DNA of 64,000 bases from positions 2,914,001-2,978,000 of the forward strand of contig JBHGNT010000008.1 of NCBI GenBank assembly GCA_043228905.1. The letters run 5' to 3'. Below the pieces are notes generated by a model, which had not been told where the DNA came from, searched no databases, and saw only the letters and a list, made by a program, of their open reading frames with translations. A program made the translations under genes and the position numbers. Shown in pieces: positions 54,001 through 64,000 of this stretch; position 1 is the stretch's first letter, and the number at the start of each line of letters is the position of its first letter. This DNA comes from Azolla caroliniana (lineage: Eukaryota > Plantae > Polypodiophyta).

Positions 54001-57000
54001 GGTATTCACCAGCCTTGCACTTTTCAATATACTTATTTCTCCTTTAAATTCCTTCCCATGGGTTGTGAATGGGATTATAGAGGTAATCAGATTACACTAA
54101 TTAATTCATCTCAAGCAATATGTACTAAATGTTTTCTGTATGTGAACACTTTCAAAAATGGCAGGCTCTCGTTTCTCTTAAGAGACTGAAACGGTTTCTA
54201 TCAACCCCTGAAATGAAGCAGCCAGCTGGAGTGAATGTGGAGTATACAACTGCAGCAGGAGAAAAATCTTTTCTTTCAATATATATGCAGAATGCAAGCT
54301 TTTCTTGGGCCCATAGCTTACAAAATACACCAACTCTAAACCTAAATTCCATCAAATTAGGTATTCCCAAAGGGAGTAAAGCTCTTATCATTGGAGAGGT
54401 ATATAGCTCTGCTCAGTGTTTTACATATTAACAAATATCTTTTAGCTTGAGGGAAAAATGTGGATATTCCCATTAGCTAAGTAAATAACAATGCGAGTTC
54501 AGCTGGACTGAAACTTTAGCCTTCCGAAAATCTCCAACATGATCCTGTCAAGATGGAGAGGTTTCTGATGTAAAGAAAAAACCTTCAATGTTGGATGATA
54601 ATGGCCTTGATTTCTAGATGACAAGCATTGGGGCCTATATGCATGACAAATTTATTTTGCTTGATCTATTATGATTCCTTTGGCATGTTCTGGTGAAGAT
54701 CCTACTCATGTCATGCCCTAGAATGACATTAAATGGGGGAGGGTTGATCAGAATATGGGATGGGTCTCCATGTTCTAAAAATAGAAGTATGCTTTCGTAG
54801 CTATTAGAGACATATTCATTTCTCCATTTTTTTTCGGTTTTGTTGTGACATTGTTTTGGTTGTGTTCTAGGTTGGATCTGGGAAATCATCTCTCTTCCAA
54901 GCAATTCTAGGGGAAATGAGATATATTCATGGAGATATTCGATCAAACGGAAGATATGCATATGTATCACAGGTATTTACAGAATGTCGTAGGGTATATG
55001 AGGTCCTGGACTATAAAACATTAACTTTTCAGAGGATAACCCTGCAATTTCTACATCTTTAGAGCCCATGGATTTTGTCCGGAACAATTCAAGAGAACAT
55101 TTTGTTTGGGCAACCATTTCAGAAAGAGAGGTAATCAAGGGTAAATAGTTTTATGATTTCAGCTCTATGATACATTTTCTCATTTTATTTTATCTTTTTT
55201 TTGTTCTCTTTCTATGAGCATTTGGGTTCTGGGGAATATTCTATACAGGTATGAGAGTGTACTTTCAGCTTGTGCCCTAGATATTGATGTGGAAAGGATG
55301 ATTGGCAAAGATTTTTGTGTTATTGGAGACAATGCATTCAATCTGTCTGGTGGACAAAAGGCTCGGTTAGCTCTTGCCAGGTACTAGTTAACAGTTATAC
55401 AAAACACTACAATAAATCAATGCACACTCTTATGCTGGCAGTGTTCCAGAAAGTTTTGCAACCGAAGTAGGCCTCACATTAGGTGGCACACGGGTGATGG
55501 GTCATGGATGTGGTGGTCTATATACATGGGAGATCTATTGTAACCCTGATTGAGCCCTTACTCATGTAGCTCTTGCTTTACTACTTGCAGTGTGAGCGAT
55601 GGAGCTAAAGAAAGTTGTGGTGTCTTTATTAATGAGTTTTTCTGGCTTCTCTATCTCTTTATTTCTAACTAGAATATTCCAAATATTGCTTTATTTTCTC
55701 TACTGAGATACATACTGAGGACACCCAATTTTAACAATTGTAGTTATGCATTTATAAAAATGATTTGGTCTCATAGGTCATTTTGGCCTCTTGTGGACTA
55801 TAATATGGTTTCTTTCTTTCAATGACCTACCATAAGAATCATTAGACAATCCCTATGTTCAATGCACTTGTTAAAAAGATGTAGTTTTCTGACAATATAT
55901 AACCAAGTAGTAGAGAGAGGCAGTGACATCTAGTATTTCCAGAATGTCAAAGCTGCAGAGGACTGCAGAGGAAAGAAGGCAAGGTTTCCTTGCTTTTCAC
56001 GGTATTTTCGCTTTCTTCAATTTCCCTCTTGGAGAAAATACTTGATGGAACAATCCACTAAAGTGGTTTATAGTACTGTATACTTCTTGTGTTTAAGGAT
56101 TATATATAGGCAGCTTGGCATGCTTACTTATTGCATTGCTTGATTACTGAGATACTCTAGCTATAGTACTTGTACTATGTGTTCACCAGTATACAATCAT
56201 CAGAATTAGGCTGCATGGCAATTCTGATGGTTCAGGTAATATATAGTCCTGTTTTTCTAACAAAAATGTAGAACCAAATACTGCTGAGACGGCAATGGTG
56301 ATATTTGAACATCCTCAGGAGGCCAGAAACATGACGTGTGGAACCTAAAAGAATGCTACATGATTCACCTCTGCTGGTACAGAGTGGGGGTGTAGCCACA
56401 TTTGCTCACGTATGTTCTTAAGGTCACTCCTATGCATATGTGCCTAAGAGGCGGGAGTTGATGCTCATAACTAGGAGAAATTATGCAAGGTTGATGCATA
56501 TGAAAATGGACGGTGGATATCATTGCTGGATGGCCATGAACGCTTCACATCATAATGTGGAATATGTTTCATCATTGATCTAGTATTTCCATTGCTGCAT
56601 AAACTTGCCGATGCATGCATGCCAGGGTGGAACCACCAAGGTTTTGAACAGGACAATGATAGAGGAACCAAGAGGGATGATTGAAGAATTTAGATAAATA
56701 TAAGTAATAAGTAAACAGTATTTGATTCTTCGACCTTCTAGGAAGAGGCTGCAAAACGTAATGAGTTGTAGAAGCAAGATTAGACAGGTATTTTCTATGG
56801 GTGGATCTGTAACCTATCTACCACAGAATAATACAAGCCTTGAGGCGTGTCACACATAACTTTCTAAGGAGGGAAAATGTGTTTGCTGCTTATATGAAAA
56901 CTTAAAAGTACTAAACTATGTTGGTTTTCAGAGTATGAAAATGTTCAAATATCTGACAGATGGTTAGAATATGGGAAGTGTTGAAGAATTTATTTCTCTC

Positions 57001-60000
57001 ATTTCGTAAGTCTTCAATTTTTTATTTAAACTACTTGTGTAGTTATAAAAAATTCCAGAAAATTATATTTCTATCATCTGATGTGATTCTTACTATTTAT
57101 ATTAGCAGTAATGAACTGCATGGGAGAGTAATAGTTCAATTCTCTTTGTGAACTAGATGAGGCAGTCATAATCAGAATATTTCTAGTTTGTGAAATTTCC
57201 TTTGAAAAATGCTTATAATGATCCAGCCGACTTTTGATCAAGTTCCTTGAAATTTTCAATGCTACCATCTTATGTGATTCTTATCATTTACATTTGGAGT
57301 GTGGGATACATAAAAGTTTGATGATGTTATCTGTTTGTGTGCTGGATGAGATAGTCATTGTTAGTATAGTTTATCTTCTTCCCGTTGGATATGTTCACAG
57401 TGAGCCAGCTGATTTCTGACAGAATTGTTTCAGTTCAATATCCACATACATGTTTGTTCATTGTCATGCATCCAAAACATGTAGAGTGTTCATTGTCAGT
57501 TCAATATTTCAGTGTTCTGTATTGTGGGAAGTTTAATTTTGTGGCTATTCTTGCAGAGCCATTTATCAGGACTGTGATATTTACTTGCTTGATGATCCTT
57601 TGAGTTCAGTGGATGCACGTGTTGCTGCTTGGCTTCTAGAACATGCAATTTCAGGGCCCCTTATGTCAGGGAAAACTGTAGTTTTGTCAACATATAATGT
57701 TCAGGTTTAAATTATTTATGGGGTAACTTATACACTCATGGATATATACTCATATACCTCATCAAATGCATGTCTATTCTAGAACAGCAGAATAAATTCA
57801 CTATCTATGTAGGCCCTATCTATAGTTGATATGGTGATCATAATGGAAGATGGGACCATCAGCTGGTCTGGTAAAACACAAGAATTCAAGAGTCGCTTTC
57901 AAGAGGAGCATGGAATGGGACTTCTAGATCATTATTTACACCCAAATCATGAAAAGAAAACAGCATCTATAATCAATGTAGACTCTCAAGAATCAAATGG
58001 AATTGATTCTATGCCAAGTAATGGAGATATATCTCTTGAAAGTAGAAATGATCCTGTAACACTTGTTGAACAGGAAAGGAGAGTGCAAGGTGCAGTGAAT
58101 CCAATGATTTACTGGTAATACCAGTGCCAACAATCATTTTTTCATATAGTTTGTTGCCCATTTAAGAACAAAGAATTTACAATGTGGTGTACAGGGTCTA
58201 CGTTTCCTTTATTGGGAGGCCATGGATATTGACAATTGTGATAAGCACTACTCTAATGCAAATATCAAGAAATGGCAATGATTTCTGGCTATCTGTATGG
58301 GTTGATAGAAGTGCAACTGATTCTATGAATAGCTCTTTCTATCTGGTAAGTAAGTTGAGAAAATTTCAAAATTGAAAACTTCGAAGCATACAGCTCTCAA
58401 TATATGTTTTTCTTTTCGGAAAATTTCAAATGTCACTCGTTTATTTATCAAAATTAAAAAGATAGTGCTATTTTCAGGAGATGTTGCATATGATCTATTG
58501 CTTAAGGTCATACTGTTGCTTGTATGGATTCCGTGACCATGGACATTGTATGTATGGGTCTAATGGTAATTTTCTTTTGTTATGCAGAAAGTTTTTCTTT
58601 GTATAGCAGTGGCAAACTCATTCTTCACTGCAGCTCGAGCTTTCTCATTTGCATATGGTGGCCTTTGTGCAGCATCTAAAGTCCATGAGTCCTTACTAAA
58701 CCATATCATGGCAGCATCTTCGAACTTCTTTAATCATAATCCAAAAGGCCGAATTTTGAATAGGTGACTTACCTGAGTTCCAATGGAAATCCTACAAGTT
58801 GGTGTGAATGCTTTAATCAATATCTTAGCTCTAGCCGTAAGATTAACATTATAGTTTCTGAGAAATAATATTTATACCCTAATGAGTAACATACTTTAAG
58901 GAAGCATAAACTTCAAACATGTTGCTGTTGATATTAAAATATGATATGGTAGAATTTGCGAAGCTAGAAAGCCAGTTAACAATGGTTAAAAAACTTGTGT
59001 TATAGCTAGATAATGCAAAATAATATGATTCAATTTGTAAGTTTACTTCAACCTGGATAAGAACTTCTGGAGTCTTCAATGTGTGGTTAGTGTGAGATTA
59101 GCTTAATAATTACTTTTGTGTCATCTTTGCAGATAGTTTATTTCCATCTTTGTCTTTAAACTTTCTGAAATACTGCATTATTATTTGCAGGTTTTCTTCA
59201 GATCAGTACACAGTTGATGACTCTCTACCTTTCATATCAAACATATTATTAGCTAATTTCTTCAGCCTCATGGGTATTCTAATCATTCTTTGTGTAGTCC
59301 AGGTCAGAAGATTTGACGTATTTCTTCATGTACTAAAAGATTTGATGTGTTTCTTCTCAAACTTTGTTATCTTTTTTGTGCAGTGGACATTCCTTATTGT
59401 TCTTATCCCTTTAAGCTACTTTTACATAGGTCTGCAGGTATTTGTTACAAAAGATCTTATGGATTGAAAGGGTTTTTTATATTGCAATTGGAGTCAGAAT
59501 TTAGAAGAAAGAATTCGAGTTTGGGATCCTATGCTTGAAATTAGTTACAGAGAAATTATAAAAAAAGAGCTCTTCCAGGAAGGCAAGGGTTTCCTAGAAG
59601 TATTTATTGTTTCAGTAGAATTGCTTCTTATGTTGAGTAGAAATGAAAGATCTAGTATCTCTGCTGTTTTATTCTATTTTGTTACACATCTATATTTTGT
59701 CTCAATGCCAATTAGTCAATCTCAGGTTCTAGAATGCTGAAATATGTCCTATCATCCGCAGTAATTTACATACAAATTTGGGAATAGTGTGTGTCGTTAA
59801 TAACCAGCATGAATGGTCACTGATTCCTGTCCCTTAAAGTGGCTGTCATTTGAATTCGGTCTAATCCCAGAAGTCTACTGCAGAAATATTATAGGTGTAC
59901 CTCTCGTGAACTCAGAAGGCTCGATAGCACTTCAAGGTCACCGATATACGGCTCCTTTACTGAAGCCCTCGATGGATCAGCAACAATTCGAGCCTTCAGA

Positions 60001-62671
60001 GCTCAGGTATGCAGCAGGGTGCATTTTCAGATCAGCATTATGAACTGTAAAAATGTCCAAATTTAAAAATTTGCAATTTTTTTACCATGCAGTACATGTT
60101 CTATGCAAAGAACGAGAAACACGTGGGATTGAACCAGAGGGCCTCTTATTCTGAGATTGCAGCGAGTCTTTGGCTTTCAATTAGACTTCAGGTTTTCTCA
60201 ATCCCAGTCGATGCCTTTTTTACCACCTGTTTATCCCTGATTAATCGGATTCTTATTTTCAACAGTTACTAGCAGCTTTCATTATCCTCTTCATTAGTGT
60301 TATGTCTTTTGTTGGACAAGGAAAGAAATCCCCAGTGAGCTCAGCTACGGCTGGTTTGGTACCTTTCTCTAAATTTTCCCTCAACTTTTTGCTTTTTAAT
60401 GTTTTCTACTACAGAGTTACATTCTTGTAACATTTAAGCATAATAATGTTGCATAAGTTTAGTGCTGCAATGAAGTTTCATAGTTATGTATTTTAGTTTT
60501 CTATAATTTCTAGGTTGGGTTGGGTCTCTCTTATACTACTCCAATAATCTCTTTGCTAAGTGATTTGCTTTCCACATTTACCGAGACAGAGAAAGAAATG
60601 GTATCTGTTGAAAGGATTAATGAGGTACAAGTCCTACATGTTCATATCTCATGGAGTGTTTTGTGCTTAATTCAAGCTTTCATAATCATCCTGAATGTTT
60701 GGCTAGTATATGGAAGTTGAAAGAGAGCAAACTGATGGCATGTCAACAGCTGGAGCAGAATGGCCATTGGAAGGGAAGATAGAATTTGAGAATGTTTCAC
60801 TCTGTTATGAACCAGAACTTCCGCCTGCCCTAAGAAACCTTTCTTTTAAAATTGAAGGGGGATCCAAGGTAACGTCTGTCTCCAAGATATGCATTCCTCT
60901 TTTAACTGAACAAGTATCTATTTCCTATTTGTAATTGAATGTAGCATTTGTTCTAATCTTTAATTTCTTGAGTATAGTTTTGATTTTAAGAACCTTTCAG
61001 AGATCAATACAAAAATAATAATTATTGCACTGACCTATAGTTTTGTCTTTATCCCCTCTGTTTGCTGCATTTCTTCATGCACCTATTTTCTGGAAGTAGG
61101 ATTTCAGGTAATTGTTTCATTGATTTATTCTGATTCTTGAGGCACTTCCATCAAAAAATTTCACAATTTTTTGCATTGAAAGAGCTTTTGATTAGAGCAT
61201 AGAATAGCTAATCAGCTTGTTGCATATATTATCTTCATTAAATGATTAGTTTTTGTTAATTTTCCTTTGTACGATGCTAATAAAAAATGGAACAGGTTGG
61301 AGTTGCTGGAAGAACTGGTGCTGGGAAATCAAGTATTTTAAATGTGTTATTTCGCCTTACGCAACCATCGTCTGGAAGTGTACTTATTGATGGGATCAAT
61401 ACAGAACATATCTCTTTGTATCAGCTTCGATCGAAACTAGGACTTGTTCCACAGAATCCATTCCTTTTTGAAGGAACCATCAGGCAAGTTTGAATATGGA
61501 TACTTCTTGTTAAACATGATTAACTGTGGACTATAAGTCAAAGCATGAAAATTGTTTCTTTTCGTCAATATTGTATAAATTTAATGCAGAATTGCAAATG
61601 CAGGGAAAATTTGGATCCACATGGGAATGCTAGAGACAACAGGATATATGAAGTTCTTGAGAAATGCCACCTGAGGGATATGGTGTTGTCGTTGGGTGGT
61701 CTAGATGTGCATGTCTTGGAAGGTGGAGACAGTTTCTCTCTGGGACAACGACAACTACTTTGTCTTGCACGATCATTCCTTAAATCTACAAAGGTTAGTT
61801 TCATGTTCTAGTATTTTGGTATAATGTTGATTGTACATGTGATTTTCAACATGATTTAAGAAACCAAGTGATAAACCAGTCCATGCCTTCGATGTGTATC
61901 ATCATAGCAGCATAGTAAAGAGCTTCCAAGTTTATACGACTGTTCATGTGGTTTGCTCATGCTGTCTAGAGTGTATTGATATTTTCCTCCCAAATGTTAT
62001 TTTAATTTAAAAAGTGATGCTGTTAATGTATTACAGAATGGATAGATGTTGTGTTAACACTTACAGAATGGGATGAAATCTGCAGGTTCTTTGCTTAGAT
62101 GAATGCACAGCAAATGTGGATCCCCAAACATCGTTGGTTCTGCAGAACACCATCGCATCTGAGTGCTCTGGAATGACTGTCATCATGATTGCGCATCGCA
62201 TATCATCTATTTCAAATCTTGATATTGTGTTTGTCTTGGATCACGGAGAACTGGTAACTTCACTTGCTTGCTTTTCTTATGATTGGTCTGCATGGAAATA
62301 AGGAATTACATTGCATGACAGCATAGCCAATGTTTTCTGAAAATATTATGGGATTTGAACTGGCAATCTTGCATTGATAGCCTAAATGCTTACCACCACA
62401 GTAGGCCAGCCCATTAGTACTTTGATATTTACTTTGATAATCTTGGAAGGCACCCCTGCATAAAATCTTATAGCTTATGGTACATAGCTTATCTTCATCT
62501 TCTGGCTGGTTGCATGATGCTCTAATGCAGTGGTTTGCATTCCTTATTTGACACGGACACTATAATTTACACCCTTAAACCACTGAAATGCAGGTTGAAC
62601 AAGGAAATCCACATGTTTTGCTTGGTGATCCAGCATCCAAATTGTCAAGTTTTGCCAATGCAAGCTATTAA
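45014..62671 (+). CDS. ABCC13: ABC transporter C family member 13-like (MRP7/ABCC10-type), ~35 exons. Approximate exons: 45014-45082, 45538-45578, 45657-45738, 45940-46122, 46346-46477, [46.5-50 kb partly unresolved; candidate 48458-48531], 50016-50261, 51332-51401, 51487-51552, 51643-51730, 51846-51964, 52097-52194, 52286-52352, 52429-52546, 53523-53638, 54002-54082, 54165-54399, 54871-54972, 55063-55130, 55249-55380, 57557-57704, 57813-58115, 58195-58345, 58588-58763, 59191-59302, 59384-59437, 59884-60006, 60092-60191, 60266-60358, 60514-60624, 60707-60868, 61296-61483, 61604-61793, 62087-62253, 62594-62671
   Basis: [16 protein letters not shown]; NBD1 [33 protein letters not shown]; [15 protein letters not shown]; [13 protein letters not shown]; NBD2 [30 protein letters not shown]; stop TAA at 62669-62671. 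Confidence 0.92.
45579..45656 (+). other. U12-type AT-AC intron (ABCC13 intron 2)
   Basis: 5' ATATCCTT, branch-site TTCCTTGAT ending 9 nt before the intron end, terminal AC; splicing gives in-frame CFEDL|IFGCAAN. Confidence 0.88.
53855..53951. repeat. Intronic tandem repeat, ~41 bp x 2.4
   Basis: catggtggaagttatatatatgaaatttctatttccttttt is repeated. Confidence 0.85.
62348..62410 (-). mobile_element. tRNA-derived SINE-like fragment in the last ABCC13 intron
   Basis: Reverse strand reads gtggtggtaagca...gttcaaatccc (A-box and B-box-like) with no intact cloverleaf. Confidence 0.4.
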
Positions 62672-62997
62672 GACTCCTTGTGTCATTTACGGTTGCTCTA
62701 GGATTTTCTTCTGTTGTTAGGACGACGAACCTAGCCCTGTGATATAACAAGAATAGGCATCCGATGTATTACATGTTCTCATGCTACCATTCAATAAATG
62801 TATCTCTTCACATATTGTAAAATTTAAATTTAAGGTGTATATAGGCATGAATAAGTCTGAGGTCATTGTGTTAAGATAGGGAGAGTGTCGGTATATAGGG
62901 TAAATGAGTTACTATCAAATAGATTTAAAGTTTCCGACATGGAAAATGGGAATGGTTACATGAATGCAACATTGTTGTTGTAGAGGTTGTATAGAAA

Positions 62998-63394
62998 AAT
63001 ATTGAAACCAAACCATTTAAGAAATAGTTGAAACCAAACTATTTAAAACCAAACCGTTTAGGGAAAAGTTGAAACCAAACCGAACCATTTAATAAAAAAT
63101 TTAAACCTAACCACTTAAATTAAACTAATTAAACATCTAAATAAATAAAAATACATTAAATTAAATAAGCATTTAAGTTAAATTAATTAGATCAATAAAC
63201 TATTAAGGTAAAACAAAAATTAACCAAAAACCTATAAACCTTTAAAGTAAACCTATAAACCCGAGTTTTAGAACCAACTGAACCGTTTATTGAAAATCCA
63301 AACCATTATAAAAATTTTGGAACCAATAAATCGTTAAACCATGGCCTAAAGGTTCGGTTCGGTTCGGTTCGAGTCGAAATTGTGCCCATTGCTA
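62998..63394. mobile_element. hAT-type non-autonomous element, one-ended copy (same family as 37.2 kb)
   Basis: tttagggaaaagttgaaaccaaaccgaaccatttaat...tgcccattgcta. Confidence 0.75.
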
Positions 63395-63951
63395 GCACTT
63401 GTAGCGAAGACAAGCATTGTTAGAATGCTTATTTCCTTAGCAGTGAATAAGGATTGGAAATTACATCAATTAGATGTAAAAAATGCATTCCTTTATGGAG
63501 AGTTTATGAAGTGTACATGGATGTCCCCCTAGGTTTTGGTACATTTCAAACAATAGGTAAGGTTTGCATACTAAAGAAGTTGCTTTATGGACTAAAGCAA
63601 TCTGCTTGAGTCTGGTTCGACATGTTGAGAAGGGCTATGGTGGGTATCGGATACCAACAGATGAATGCAAACCATACAATGTTTTTTCAATAACACAAAG
63701 AAAATACTACATTACTTGTGTATGTGGATGATATAATTATCATGGGTAACAATGAAGGAGAAATTGTGCAACTGAAGGTGAAATTGGGTAAAGAGTTTGA
63801 CGTGAAGGATCTAGGATTGCTACGATACTTTCTTGGAATTGAGGTTGCTTGTGGAGCAGAAGGAGTTGTTCTATCTCACCAAAAATATGTATTAGATCTT
63901 CTCACAAAAACCGGAATGTTGGGTTGTCAATCCTTGTCGTTGACATCTTAA
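63395..63951 (+). mobile_element. Degenerate Ty1/Copia reverse transcriptase fragment
   Basis: LAVNKDWKLHQLDVKNAFL, LKKLLYGLKQS, VYVDDIII, VKDLGLLRYFLGIEV, with stops and a frameshift. Confidence 0.9.
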
Positions 63952-64000
63952 ATGAGATTGTCAAAACATATGATAGGGTGGATGCATTGCATTGTCCACA

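Noticed and set aside
16173-62671. AZG + CXE + ABCC13 as a functional hormone or metabolite gene cluster
   Set aside because: The genes have unrelated structures and ABCC13 is separated from CXE by ~24 kb of TE-rich DNA. Nothing in the sequence shows co-regulation; co-expression and synteny data would be needed.

Overview
Eukaryotic, AT-rich plant nuclear DNA. The transposon types suggest a non-seed plant such as a fern or lycophyte (inference). Four genes are supportable: (1) the first three exons of a mitochondrial carrier gene (- strand, runs off the left edge); (2) a two-exon AZG-family purine/cytokinin permease (+); (3) an intronless CXE-type carboxylesterase (-), convergent with AZG; (4) a ~35-exon ABCC13-type (MRP7/ABCC10-like) ABC transporter (+, 45014-62671) with a minor-spliceosome AT-AC intron and a GC-AG intron. 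Intergenic DNA holds a three-level nested LTR complex (Gypsy <- Copia <- solo LTR, both target-site duplications readable) and L1-like remnants. It also holds an RTEX/L2-like LINE 3' end, whose stem-loop tail recurs in ABCC13 introns, plus hAT-type MITEs, tRNA-derived SINE-like fragments, minisatellites and microsatellites. I found no CRISPR array, rRNA or intact tRNA, and no clearly novel multi-gene system. Family assignments come from motif recognition, not from database searches.
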